Positions 13,301 to 28,300 of a stretch of 64,000 nt of DNA are shown here, piece by piece. Source of the DNA: Malacoraja senta (taxonomy: Eukaryota); the NCBI GenBank assembly GCA_038087875.1, contig CM075985.1, positions 12,462,001 through 12,526,000 of the forward strand. The letters are read 5' to 3'. Positions within the stretch are counted from its first letter, which is position 1. Every line of letters starts with the position of its first letter. The notes beneath the pieces were generated by a model that did no database searches, was not told the origin of the DNA, and was given only the letters and a program-made list of their open reading frames with translations. A program made the position numbers and the translations under genes.

Positions 13301-16300
13301 AGACCAGATTGTCAGATTCTTCTATCTTTCCAAAACCAACAATGAAGGCAGCTATTCCACAAAACAAAGGTGGTTTTATTTTCCTTAATATACACGAGTA
13401 AATTGATAACAGCTTCCCAATGAGATGCATCTGTTCATCACTAAAGTAATTTGTTGGCTGTTCTTGGCAGGCTTCATCGGACAAGATAACAGTCCAAGTT
13501 AACTGGTCAACTCTTGGAGAATAAAAACATATGCTCTCTCATTCTGCAGTCCTCAACCTTGCCCAAATGCCAAGTGCTTAATAGATAATGTCTGGAAATG
13601 AAGCTAGTCAATTGACATGGAAGCAGGCAGCATTTTCACGTCTGTTTAACCAAATCTCCAGCCGGGCGCAAGTAATTAATTTTTAACTCCAGCCCCCACC
13701 GTAATCATTTAATGAATGTTGACATGACTCAATTATTCTAGGAAATTAACACCTTATAAACTGAATCTGTATGGATAGCAAAGCAAGATTCCTCCCCAGA
13801 ATACTATATCTTAAATCATTTGGCTTGGTAACAGTGCTGAAGAGTCATGCAATTAGGGTCTAACCATAGAGACAAAACTGATACCACAGGATCAGATCAC
13901 CAATGGAACATTTCAATTAAATTATTGAACTGAAGAGTCATTGCCCAGGACAACAACACTGCCTATTCCCAGTCATATAATAACTTCAGGTTCCACATTA
14001 AAAGCCACCCTCATTCCCAAGAATATAAAATGTTTGACAGCACTGTTAGAAAACCAGCATTCTCATCAGGTGTTCAGGTTGATATTTTAACTCCCTCAGC
14101 TTCATATACAAAAAATATTAGTTATGCTGTGCACAGATGATCTTTTCGCAAAAGAGAAATAATAAATACACAATTAATGGTATTTCTGACATTAATACAA
14201 GGATCAAATACAATGTCAGTTTTCAAAGCGTCAGCCTTCAATTGCTCCCATCCTCCCTCACAGCCCACCTGCGCTCCTGATTTCTCGCTACTTTCACAAA
14301 TCCTACAATTCATAAACTCCATCATGCCAGGATACAAACCCCCTCCAACAAAAACTCACTCTCCCTGCCTCACCTCAGAGCATCATTCTCGTTCCTCTCT
14401 GTTCCCAAACATTCACCCTCCTTCACTCTCCCTGCATTATGTTATCTTTAATCCATCCCCATCTCTTAACCTCTCCTTTGGTTTCTTACCCCATCTGTCA
14501 CCCTTTGCTTGCTCGTCTCTTAGGGAGAGAAAGAGTAGAGGATAGGGGATGAATGAAAGGCAAAGGCTTCTTATACATGCAGTGTGTGGACCTTACCTTC
14601 AGAGATATTCACAGTGAAGGGGCTTTTGGGTATTGGTGCTCCAGCAAAAGTAACATGGACAGTGTGAGGACCTTCAAGCAGAGGTTTGTATGTGCAGCGG
14701 AGAACATTGTCTCCTTTATCCTCCAGAATCACCTCCACTATATCCCTCCGTCCCTGGGGATCAACAATGACCACTCCAACATCTCCTGACCCAGCACCTG
14801 AGGGGGGGAAAAAGGGCCATCATCAGTACAGTGACAGCAACAGCACACTGGCATCCCCATAGAGAAAGGAATTCATCCTTCACTCCGAGTCAAAATTAAA
14901 ATGCAATGCAATCAGGGGAGGGAGCCTAGATACATCTGGTCACTCAACACAACCCCTCTCCAGCCTCAACCTTTTCATCACAAAGGGGATACTAAACGCA
15001 AGAACACAACACCCTGGTGAAACAGTACAGATCTCTGCAGAATTAAGGGAGGCTTTCGAAGAGAAGTACAGATCCAAGAACTGGGCCAGAGGTCTTTTTG
15101 TTTGCAATATCACTTTTCAATTCTGACAGAGAACATTTATTCCAAAAAGTTGGTTTTAAATTTACTTTCAGATGTCATTTAATTGACATTCTGAATAAAA
15201 ACTTCAAATGTTGTCTGAGAAATTCCAAAGATGGCCACCCCACCTCTCCTAAGCTACAAACCTTTCTTCCCTCCCACCTCACCACGATTTCCAGTGGAGA
15301 TCCACACATCACTTTATTCCTCACCTGCCGTGTAAATGTCAAAGTACGTTGGCTTGTTGGCCACATTCCCATTCAGCTCCAGACCAGGGCCTTGAGCAGT
15401 CACCTTGTTGGCATCACCCAGAGCCATACCAATCTGGACTTTGAAAGGGCTTTTGTCAATTTGCTGTCCAGCAAATAAAACTGTTACCTGGAATCAAGCA
15501 CAAAGGTAACAGTATTAGAGCAAAAAAATTGACTGCTGTATACCAGTGGCTCCAATCTCCCCCCAAAAACGTCAAATTCCCCACATAGCCACGTGCACCA
15601 TTTTCATGCAGTGCACAAATCAATGAATGCAATCCGACTCGAGTGGTTGTGTTGTCAGGTTTGGAAGATTAAATGGCAATTTGATAGAGCTTGTGATAAT
15701 TCAGGAAGTCAGCGAGGTATTTGGAAACTATTTCCTCCAATTTGGTGGGAAGAGGAAATGCGGAAACAAACCTGCAAACCCTCCCAGCAAACCACAAAAC
15801 AAAAACATTTGGATTCTGGGTGCAAAATAGATCTTCAAAGACAAGATTGATAGTTTCCCATCCCCAGTTATAATCTAAGAACAGGGAGCAGAAATGAGAT
15901 GCAGATCAACCATTCGAGCAACAGAACTATTTCCTTAGGAACCCATGACAAAGGGTGGGGGCAATCGCAGTGCTCATTTCATCGAATAGCTTCTGACATG
16001 TAGTTCCCACACAGCCCCATTTGGTGATGAAAACATGGAAGGAATACCAGATCTACGGGTCAATGCACAAGCAAACCTACAAATGGTGCATTTTATACAC
16101 AGTGCAAAATGATGGGACCTGTGAAGATGGAGCCAAAGCTCATTCTGACTGAACTGGTATTTGGAATGATCAAAGACTTACCTTATGAAGGCCAGCAACT
16201 TTGGGTATGTAGGAAACAGAGTATGTGCGGTTCTTGTCATTGTTTGCAGTCACACGTGCCTATACAAAGAAAACAAAATGGTCATTCTATACTGCAACTG

Positions 16301-19300
16301 GTTACTCCCACCAGCCCATTGAACAAAACAGGCAGCAGAAAATTCAGCTCACACAAGAAGTGCATACATTATAATTCTAACCCAATGATGCTTGCTCCCT
16401 CTGGAACACACCAGTCTGTATCAATGGTGCTCAAGTGGAGATAGCTCCAGGTTCTAGGTGTAAATATCACCAGCAATCTATCCTAGTCCAACCACATGAA
16501 TGGTATGGATAGGAAAGCAGACTTTCCAATCCACATCATTGCAACCCATGCATTTTTAAAACCTGTACTTTCTATGTAGCTGCCACACTGTATTCTGCTC
16601 TTTTTCACTACCTGATGTACTCGTGTACGGAATGATTTGCTTGGACACCACTTTCTCGGATTGGATTCCTTGGATTTCTCTACGTTGGTACATGTAGCAA
16701 TAATAAGTGTACCACAAGTAGAGATGAGCATTAAATGATGATCTTCTAAACAATATTTACATGCTGGAACTAATAACAAAGAAAGCATGGCCCATTCCCA
16801 CACACCCAGTACCTCTTCAGTGTGGCCCTCAGGATCCTCCACAAAGACCAGGACCTCTCCAAGACCAGCATTGATCGTCTCTACTGTGAACGCTGCTGGC
16901 TTTAGGACTACATTACCCTGTGGCTCGATACCTAGAAGCAAACACAAGGGACATTTAAATATATCACAATAACTTTGCTACGAGGTCAAAGGACATCATC
17001 ATCCCTCAAAATATTCACAAAGTGTTGGAGTAACTCAGCAGGTCAGGCAGCATCTCTGGAGAACAAGGATGGGTGACGTTTCAAGTCGTAACCCTTCTTC
17101 AGAATGGACGACATCATCCCTCAAACCAGGTTTAAGGCCATGGTCAAGCTGACACACCAGTAAGCATTACCCCAGGTCAAAGAGCTTCCACAGAACCATC
17201 ATCATCTGCTGCTCCTTAACCTAGCTGATAGGACAGACAGCGGACAGAAAACTATCCCATATTCTAGGTTAAAGAGGGTATTCTCAGACTAAGACCACAT
17301 CTTATCCTTGGAAACATGATATGTACTGGATAATACAATAATACAATACTATTTATTTGTTGTCATTTGAACCTCATTGAAGTTCAAACAAAATTTGGTT
17401 TCTATTTATATGTACTGGATAGTCAGTGGGCCAAGTTTTGGGCAACACTTGAAGGGATTGTCCTTATAAGCTCGAGCTTTCTTGGGGTTGAGTTTTGTCC
17501 TGAGGGGAGCACCAGGCTTGAGCTTCGCCTTTGGGAACTGGGAGAGGTAGGTCATCACCGAGTGCTCATCTACGTTGGGGTCCACAATCTCCTCTGGGGC
17601 AATCACCTGCAGAGTGGACAAAGGAGGTCAGGGGTGAGCGCTGGGAAAGGGTTAAATGTGGCAGACACACATGGATAAGCAAGGACGAGGATAAATGTGA
17701 GGATCGGAGTAAGAATCAGCGAGGTCGGGATTCCAAGAGCTCGTGCACAGTGGAGCCTAGCGTTGATTGAGAAAAGAGGGAGAGATTCCAAGGACATTAT
17801 TTCACCAGATTTTGTTGTGCATGACAATGGAGACACTCACCTGAGGAACCCCCAGCCAATCATCAGCTTGTTGCATGGCCTCACGAGCATTCCCCACGGG
17901 TTGATTCGGGTCCCAGTCCTGCCAGTCAGGGCACAGACCTGTAGGCGCAATGAACACCTTTCAAACAAAGGGACAATGAAGTTGGAATCCCTGCATCAGG
18001 CAGGGAGAAAACCCACGCAAACAAAATCTACAAAAGGATTTGCTCCGCTTAGCTCTGGGTAGCTTTATAATTGCTCAAGATCTTTAATGCAGAACAACTT
18101 TGGACCAGAAACTTGGAAGCTGCAGTTAACAGTGAGCTTTTATTGAAGTCGATCACTTGTAGATTCATTGATCAGCAATCGCCCCAACTACACAGTGCAC
18201 ACCCAACCAGCTCCCATGCTCCTGTTTATGCCTAATAATGTAGCAGGAGCTGAGACAGTGCCAGCCCTGCTCACATCTGGTTCTGTTCAGCTTTAATTGT
18301 ATACAGCTCTGTTAAGCATTTCCAACATTGCCAATTCAGCATTTTCAAATCCACCCCTGTGCTTTGCAAAGTCTTGGTGTGCCCCTCTCCTCAACCAGTA
18401 CCACGATCACAGCACTACTATCATCACACAGACGGTGACGGTCACCTTCATCAACTGGTTCATTCTGGAAATAGTGACCCCTATGCAGCTACACATCTGA
18501 TAACCCCATGGCCCTATTGATACTGTCAATTTTGCCAGCTACCTCAAACATGTAATACAACCACCCCTCCACTCAAAAGAAACCTTGCAGCAATTCACTC
18601 AGGTTTAAACCCAGTCCTTCTCCTTCCCCTCTCATTTATCCCACTGCACTCTCCCTCACTGCCGAGCTCTTACCTGGTGCACAGTTGTCCACCAATGCAC
18701 CCAGTGCCTTGCCGTCCTGCCAGTCCCGGTGAAAGTTGGTGATAGGCAGCTGTGGGATCTTGTTCTGGATCCATCCCAACAATCTCTGCTTGGGAGTCTG
18801 CTTCTTAACATCTTCATCATCCTCATCCTCCCACATAGGCATGGAGATGGAGTAATGGAGGATAAGGGTCCAGATCAGTCCCAAGATAAGCTTCAGGTTC
18901 CCATCCACAATAGCCTTGCTATCTGCGAATTACAAACCAGGCCTTGGGTTAGAACCCAACAGTGAAGCATTCATTCAGCATGACAGTAATAATCCTTCAT
19001 GAGGCAGAGACACAAGGCAGGGAGAGACAGATGGGAACTTACGAATGGGGTGACACAGTCAAATAAAATAGGACCTCAAGGAAAGTATTCGGAAAGATCT
19101 GCAAAAAGAGTGACTAACCAATTAAAATCCCAGCCCAGCAACTCTAGTCAGTGGCTTGCCAAGTGTATGTAGGATCTGCATTCGGTGTGTTGACGAGATG
19201 GTGGAAAGTGCGTTTTAGTCTGTAACTTACCAATAATGTGCCTGCCCACCAAACAAATATAATTCAAGATTCATTCCCCAACTTCCATGCATGGCAGTGG

Positions 19301-22300
19301 TAGGGAAATGCTAGAAACTATTTTGAGGAAGTGGTAACAGGACACCTAGAAAATATTAACAGGATTGAACAGTCAACATGGATTTATGAAAGTGAATTCA
19401 GTTTTGGCAAATTTTGCAGAGTGCATTTTGAGAACTTAAATAGTAGAGGAGACAAAGATAAGCCAGTTGATGCTGTGTAGCAGTCAGAAGGCTTTTATTA
19501 AGAGTTCACACTATTGTGGATAACATACTGGGATGCATCAAGGATTGGTGAATGGACAGAAAAAACGGAATCAATTGATTGTTTGGTAGTAATGCTGCAG
19601 GAATCGGTGTCTTTGCTCAGTTGAATCCACAATGATGCGAAATCAAATACAAATCCAAGTTTACTAACAATAGAAAGTTTGGTAGCAGTGTGTGCCGTCA
19701 GGCTTTCAGAGGATATGAAAAGATAAGGACATGGCGAAGGAAGCATGGGGAAAAAAGATTCAGTTTGGTTGCAAAAAAAATATAGAAAGTGGGTTTTTTT
19801 TCCCAAATGGCAAGAAAGCCCAAAAGATCTGACAGGAATTACTGAAAATTAATATGCAGGAACAACAAGCAATAAAGTTGGCTAATGGCATGGTTTGGTG
19901 GGTTTGTTATGCAAAGCAGGATGAAGTAGACTGGCTCTGTACTCAAGTTTGGAAGAAGAAAACGTGACCCATAAAATTCTCACATGGTTTAACAACAGCG
20001 ATGGAGTGTCTGGAAGCAGTGGTCAGTGTCAGAATAAAGGATCATCTGTTCAGGACAGACAAGAAATGTTGCCTCCCGGGAGGTCGAGTAAATCTTTGGA
20101 ATTCTCTGCAAGAAGACTGTGGAAGGTCAACATATTCAAGGCAGAGATCAATATTTTTAGAACTTATGGTAATTCAAGCCTTTGGGTGAGTACAGGAAAG
20201 TAGCACCAAGGGAAAGGATCAGCCTTGATCTGAAGAAATGGCCGAGCAGCCAACTTAATCAGATCCTTGTGGCTCTCAATAATCAAGTATTATTCACAGG
20301 AAAATGACTGCATTGAAGGAAATCAAAAAGGAACTCTCTGGTCAGTGATTGTCCAAGGCTTGATCAAAACAAGTGCTGGAACCAGCCCCCACCATGAGTA
20401 ATTCTCTCCCTGTGAGCCACAACTTCCCAGCTGTTGCAGAGATCACTCTCACTCATCTGGGAATTGCTGGCTGGGGCCACAGCCAGTGATATTTTCAGCA
20501 ACGTTCCAGTGTAACCAGGCAGCAGATCCCGAAAGATTTCAGAGCTAGTGTTTCCTCCGCCTCTCAATGCAGAATCAGAAGGATTTCCTCCAACACCGTA
20601 CCCGGATTGGCAGGGATCCCAGTGAGCCCACAGCCAGTCCAGAAAGAGTACTGCTGTCAGAGATTCCACTCGCGCTTAACCCCCCCCCCCCCTAAAGTTC
20701 CAATGCACAGCCCTCATCCAGATCAGATCAGCCACAAACTTCCAACTCGCTGCATTCCTAACTAATCCCTCCTCACACTCCACTACGAGTGTGGCAAGCA
20801 CTGACTACCAACGAATGGGAGCGAGAGAGACACAGCGAGTGTACCAGTCTGCTGCATGCATTCTGCGTAGATAGAAGGTGATGTAAAGTCCAAACTATTT
20901 GTTCAGACATAAGCTGACACAGGAGCTCATCTGGCTTGACTGAAGATTCATTCATACTTTACCATGAAAGGATACAGACACACAAGAGTTACCTTTCCAA
21001 ACAACTGAAACATTAGCAACTCTTCCCTGCTGCACGGTGAATAACCCGTACCCTAAATTAACAGTGACTCCATTCTGTATGCAGGGCAAGAATAATTTGT
21101 TTAAACCATGTGCCTAGAGACAATGGACAATCCCTACCCTGAGTGAACAAGGTATGTACAGTTACACCATATAGCCGTTACCCTGAATAAACTGTTGACT
21201 CTAAGTTACATTGAATAACCGGTACCCTGTATAAACACCATACAGAGGGTCTGACTGTCAAAGAATGACAGTCCAGTGAGATGTTAGTGATCTTTACCCT
21301 GAACAACAGTGACTGTATGGTTTGGGCAAATCATACAATGCAGGCAGTTTAGCCCTTCATGCTGCACCCGTGCTTAAAAGAGCAGCCAATATGTCTCATT
21401 TCCCTCACACCGTATTTTTTTCCCTTTCAATTGTTTATCCAATTCTTATCTGAAGTTGCAGCTGGATTCGTTTCCATACCTTTTCAGACAGGGCAATTCA
21501 GATAACTTTCTGCACGATGGAATGGAATACTTTATTGTCACATGTGACAAGGCACAGTGAAATTCTTTGCTTGCATACCCAAGGTATACAAAGAGTCGCC
21601 ACATACGGTGCTGACAAAGTTACAAAGTACCCCCCCCCCGGGCTCCTCCTTTATTCTTCTCCCCCCCACCCCACCCTACCACCCCACCCCCCCCCCCCAG
21701 CTCCTCCTTTATTCTTCTCCCCCCCCCTCCCTCCCTCCCTCCCCCATCCCAGTGGACCCCCACTCCAGGTCCTCCATTGTTCATCCAGTGGTGCAGCCAG
21801 TAGATTTGCCGTCTTAAAGCACCACAGACCCAGGTTCGATCCTGACTCTGGGTGTTTCTGTATGGAGTTTGTACATTCTCCCTGTGACAGTGGGGATTTT
21901 CTTTGGGTGCTCCATTTTCCTCCCACATCTCCAAAGACATGGAGGTTAATTGGCTTCTGTAAATTGCCACTAATGTGTAGAATAGAACTAATGTACGGGT
22001 GATTGTTGGTTGGCACAGATTCGGGAGGCTCAAGAGCCCGTTTCCACACTGTGTCTCCACACTATATTATATTCTACCCTGCCCCCCAAAAAGCCTTCCA
22101 TGATTTTGAAAACCTGCATCAAATCTTCCTTAATCCTCTGCTCCAGTTCTCAGCTTTGATTCTTTCCATACAAGATTCCTCATCACAGGAAACTGTACTA
22201 AACCCCCTATAGACACCTCATCATAACTCTGCCATCTAATAATGTGTGAAACACAACCCACTAATCCAGAGAGCATATATGCTTAATAAACTTTAAATTA

Positions 22301-25300
22301 AAAAAAATCTAATATATTGCATTCCATGTATTACACAAACAAATTCCCGTCCATCTCACATTTTACCTTTGATGATTATATATGCATTCAAAATTAATGT
22401 TCCATAAAATGTGATCATTTAGCTCATGAAATCTGTACTCCAAAATGTACCACTTCAATGCATAAATATCATCTGCCCACCATTTACCCATTTCTATTCT
22501 TTACTGTTGATTGTTTGTGTTTTGTGGCATCTGCAAACTTTAAAATGACGAACTCTAGAGATGTCATCATTAAAGCGACTCTTATATTAACCCCGATATC
22601 ACCATTCTAGACTTCTCGATGCTCCAGAAAAACACTATTTAATCAGGCTACACTGCTTTACTATTCACACCGCTGTCGTTTCTTCAGCTTTGCTCAGCAG
22701 TGGTTATTTTGTCGATTGCCTTTTGAAAGGAAAACATATGCAAACCATACAACCCTCAATACTTCAAATTAGCCACAAAATCATTTCAACATGCAGGTAG
22801 ACTGGGAAAATCAGGTTGGTACTGGACCCCAAGAAAGGCAGTTTGTGGAGTGCCTCCAAGATGGTTTCTTAGAACAGCTTGTACTGGAGCCTACCAGAGA
22901 GAAGGCAATTCAGGATTTAGTGTTGTGTAATGAACCGGATTTGATAAAGGGAACTTGAGGTTAAGGAGCCATTAGGAGGTAGTGACCATAATATGGTAAG
23001 TTTTAATCTACAATTTGAGAGGGAGAAGGGTAAATCAGAGGTGTCAGTGTTACAGTTGAACAATGGAGCCATGAGGGAGGAGCTGGCCAAAGTTGACTGG
23101 AAAGATACCCCAGCAGGGATGACAGTGGAACAACAATGGCAGGTATTTCTGGGAATAATACAGAAGGTGCAGGATCAGTTCATTCCAAAGAGGAAGAAAG
23201 ATTCCAAGGGCAGTAAGGGGCGACTGTGGCTGACAAGGGAAGTCAGGGACAGTATAAAAATAAAAGAGAAAAGTACAAAGCTGAGCTGAAAGCAAGAGGA
23301 TTGGGTAATGTTTCAAGAGCAACAGAAGATAACTAAAAAGGCAATACAGGGAGAAAAGATGAGGTAAGCTAGCCAAGAATATAAAGGAGGATGGTAAAAG
23401 CTTCTTTAGGTATGTGAAGAGGAAAAAATTAGTTAAGACCAAAGTTGGACCCTTGAAGATTGAAAAAGGTGAATTTATTATGGGGAACAAGGCAATGGCA
23501 GATGAGTTGAACAGGTACTTTGGATCCATCTTCACTAAGGAGGACACAAACAACCTTCCTGATGTACTAGTGGCCAGAGGATCTGCGATGACGGAGGAAC
23601 TGAAGGAAATCCACATTAGGCAGGAAATGGTGTTGGGTAGACTGATGGGACTGAAGGCTGATAAATCCCCAGGGCCTGATGCTCTGCATCCCAGGGTACT
23701 TAAGGAAGTGGCTCTAGAAATCGTGGACACATTGGTGATAATTTTCCAATGTTCTATAGATTCAGGATCGGTTCCTGTGGATTGGAGGGTAGCTAATGTT
23801 ATCCCAACTTTTAAGAAAGGCGGGAGAGAGAAAACAGGGAATTATAGACCAGCTAGCCTGACATCAGTGGTGGGGAAGATGCTGGAGTCAATCATAAAAG
23901 ATGAAATAGCAGCACATTTGGATAGCAGTAGCAGGATCGGTCCGAGTTAGCATGGATTTATGAAGGGGAAAGCATGCTTGACTAATCTTCTGGAATTTTT
24001 TGAGGATGTAAATGGACAAGGGAGAGCCAGTGGATGTAGTGTACCTGGACTTTCAGAAAGCATTTGATAAGGTCCCACATAGGAGATTAGTGGGCAAAAT
24101 TAGGGCACATGGTATTGGGGGTAGAGTGCTGACATGGATAGAAAATTGGTTGGAAGATAGGAAACAAAGAGTAGGGATTAACAGGTCCCTTTCAGAATGA
24201 CAGGCAGTGACTAGTGGGGTACCGCAAGGCTTGGTGCTGGGACCGCAGCTATTTACAATATACCTCAATGATTTAGATGATGGGATTCAAAGTAACATTA
24301 GCAAATTTGCAGATGACACAAAGCTGTGTGGCAGTGTGAACTGTGAGGAGGATGCTATGTGAATGCAGGGTGACTTGGATAGCTTGGGTGAGTGGGCAGA
24401 TGCAGTTTAATGTGGACAAATGTGAGGTTATCCACTTTGGTAGCAAAAACAGGAAGGCAGATTATTATCTAAATGGTGTCAAGTTGGGAAAAGGGGAAGT
24501 ACAACGGGATCTGGGGGTCCTTGTTCATCAAGTCAATGAAAGTAAGCATGCAGGTACAGCAAGCAGTGAAGAAAGCGAATGGCATGTTGGCCTTCATAAC
24601 AAGAGGAGTTGAGTATAAGAGCAAAGAGGTCCTTCTGCAGTTGTACAGGACCCTAGTGAGACCACACCTGGAGTATTGTGTACAGTTTTGGTCCCCTAAT
24701 TTGAGGAAGGACATTCTTGCTATTCAGTGAATACAGTGTAGGTTCACAAGGTTAATCCCCAGGATAGCGGCACTATCATATGCTGAGAAAATGGAGCGGC
24801 TGGGCTTGTATTCACTGGAATTTAGAAGGATGAGAGGGAATCTTATTGAAACATATAAGGTTAAGGGTTTGGACACGCTAGAGGCAGGAAACATGTTCCC
24901 GATGTTGGAAAGAGCTGAGTAGATGAGGAAACACTATTTCACACAGAGAGTTGTGAGTCTGTGGAATTCTCTGCCTCAGAGGGCGGTGGAGGCCGGTTCT
25001 CTGGATACTTTCAAGCGAGAGCTTGATAGGGCTCTTAAAGATAGCAGAGTCAGGGGATATGGGGAGAAGGCAGGAACGCGTTACTGATTGTGGATGATCA
25101 GCCATGATCACATTGAATGGCGGTGCTGGCTCGAAGGGCCGAATGGCCTACTCCTGCACCTATTGTCCATAACGCATTTGCCTTCCATTGATTAACCCAT
25201 AATTCTATTGCCAATCAGTTACATGCCAGATTATCCAAGGAGGTTCCACACCGCAGACATTAAACTCACTGGGTTGAACAAACAGCAATACAGCACATGG

Positions 25301-28300
25301 CCTTTAACCTGAAAAGAATCAGATGGAAACACACGCTGACCCAGTAATCTGGGTGGACCTTTCTTGACCAGCAGGGATGCAATGCATCACTATTGATGCC
25401 TGTGTTTTTAATCTGGTTCTGATTTCATGTGCTGTGTATCTGTTTGTTCAACCCAGTGAGTTTGACATCTGCAGTGTGTAACCTCTTCGAATAACCTTGG
25501 GTCTAATTGAAAGTTGCCAAATGAAGTATGAACAAAGAAATGGAAGGTAAACATGTTAAAAATGGCTTGTAGTTCTGGAGAAACCCAAGGGTAAACATGT
25601 TAAAATTGAATCTGTGGCTAATTTACAGTAACAAGAGCATTGATGAAGTTGGCTTGGTTAGCATTTGTTTACCGTGCTGCATGACAACGTCTATAATCCC
25701 ATTTACTAGCCTAGGCCCATAAAACTACCTAGGCAATGCAACAAGATATTTACCAACCCCAGTTAAAAAATATATTTTATGCTCCTTTTAATCTTTTTTA
25801 TCGATGAAATTCAATCTTTGCCCCTGGTTCTTAATCTCATCACCAAGGGAAATATGCTCTTCCTATTAACTCTCTTTTATACACCACACTCAAGACCCCT
25901 CCAGTCTTCCCTGCTCTAAATAAATCAACCATTGCATGTTCAATTTTATTTCATAGCAAAAATTACCCGGTCCTTGCAAATCTCCTCTGTACCCTCTCCA
26001 GTACAAGCAGCTCCTTCCTGCAAATGTGGTGACCAGAACTGTATGCAGTATTCAGGTTGTGGTCTAGTGTTGCATACAGTTTTGGCATCACCTCCCTGCT
26101 CTTAGATTCGGTCTTAGTTAATAAAAGAATCACATATGGCTTTTTAACCACTACCTTGAAGTATTTGCAGCCATACTTCTCAATTTTCTCCTGTTTATTG
26201 GGTATTCTCTTCCCCTGCTCCAATTGCATTACCTCACTATTTTGGATCAAACTTAATTGGCAATATCCAATTAACTAAACCATCTACATCTTTCAATTTT
26301 ATTCCCCCCTCCTTCTCTACCTTCCAAACCTACATTTAATCTCATATCTACCTGACAAGATGGCTTCAAACCTCCCCAAATCCATTGCAAACCCAGTGGG
26401 TGGCACCAAAAGCACTGTTTTCTTCAAAGTCTACCTGCTGGACACCCTCGATCCTGTACTCAATCCAACATGGAAACATAGAAAATAGGTGCAGGAGTAG
26501 GCCATTCGGCCCTTTGAGCCAGCACTGCCATTCAATATGATCATGGCTGATCACCCAAAATCAGTACCCCAGTCCTGCTTTCTCCCCATATCCCTTGATT
26601 CCGTTCATCCCAAGAACTATTTCTAACTCTCTCTTGAAAACATCTAGTGAATTAGCCTCCACTACCTTCTGTGGCAGAGAATTCCACAGAGAATTCCACA
26701 GATTCACAACTATCTGGGTGAAAAGATTTCTTTTCAGGGTTTGGTACAAATATGGAACACGTCCCTTGGCTACTCAGCCTCCCACTTTTTCAGCAGCCAC
26801 TCATTGGTATTCTAGCCCTGGCACCAGGGTGGCAATATTCCATCCTGGAATCACATCTACAAGTATGGAAGCATTGCCCAGTGAAATCCCCTATTACTGC
26901 TGCTCTCCTCTCCGCAGAGTCGACTCTCCCGTGAGATCATGACATTGACCGTCTGCACTACAGAGGGGAAGCCTCACCCTGTCAGTTCTCAGAAACAAGC
27001 ACTGATTAGAGAGCATACCCCTTGGGTTTCTCCAGAACTACAAGCCAGGTTTTGGTTTGAGGAGTCTGGCAATCATCCAGTCCCTCAAGCTGTGGGACGA
27101 TCATTCTCTACAATGTGCTAGCCACAAACACTCAAACGGACTGCAGCAACGTTAGCAGTCAAGGTCCAAACCCCCAGACCTCAAGCTCTCCCAGCTGACA
27201 ACACTCCCAGCACCCGTGTTTCTCCAAAACACAGGAATTGTCCCAGAGTTTCCATACGACACAGGATGCACATCCCATAGGTCAAAGGTGGCCTGCTTCA
27301 ATTTATTAGATGAACTCACCAAGCAGAAATAAAACCCGTTTAATAACAAAAGGCACCCACCAACCAGCACCTCTACTCACATTCGGAACCCAGCCCAACA
27401 CTACCATTTCTTGCTTCCTCATAGGCCACTCCTTTTCTTTTCAGAGGAGAACACTGACCAATATTATTTCCACTTCTCCCAACATGCACTGAAACAACAG
27501 TCCAAAACACAAGCTAATTACAGAGAAATGAATCAGTCTGAAGAAGGGTCTCGACCCTAAACGTCATAGAAACATAGAAAATAGGTGCAGGAGTAGGCCA
27601 TTCGGCCCTTCGAGCCTGCACCGCCATTCAATATGATCATGGCTGATCATCCAACTCAGTATCCCATACCTGCCTTCTCTCCATACCCCCTGATCCCCTT
27701 AGGCACAAGGGCCACATCTAACTCCCTCTTAAATATAGCCAATGAACTGGCCTCAACTACTTTCTGTGGCAGAGAATTCCAGAGATTCACCACTCTGTGT
27801 GAAAAATGTTTTTCTCATCTCGGTCCTAAAAGACTTCCCCCTTATCCTTAAACTGTGACCCCTTGTTTTGGACTTCCACAACATTGGGAACAATCTTCCT
27901 GCATCTAGCCTGTCCAACCCCTTAAGAACTTTGTAAGTCTATAAGATCCCCCCTCAATCTTCTAAATTCTAGCGAGTACAAGCCGAGTCTATCCAGTCTT
28001 TCATGACTTCTGAATCATCCGAGTCATCCATGACTTCTCTCCAAAGATACTGCCAGCATCAAAATCCAAGTATGGATCGAGCATCTTGGACAATACAGCT
28101 CACCTCCTCCATGACACACTGGTCAACCTGAGGAGCACCTTCAGAAACAGACTGATGCCACCAAGATGCAGCACAGAACACCACAGGAGATCTTTTTTTC
28201 TCTGTGGCTATCAAACTGTACAACTCCTCCCCCTCTACCATGGGGTGGACAGACTCCCCCCTCTCCAATCTTTGCATATCCTCAATCCTTTCCACTTGTC

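Noticed and set aside
21785-21860. tRNA gene
   Set aside because: The A and B boxes belong to a SINE head; no complete cloverleaf.
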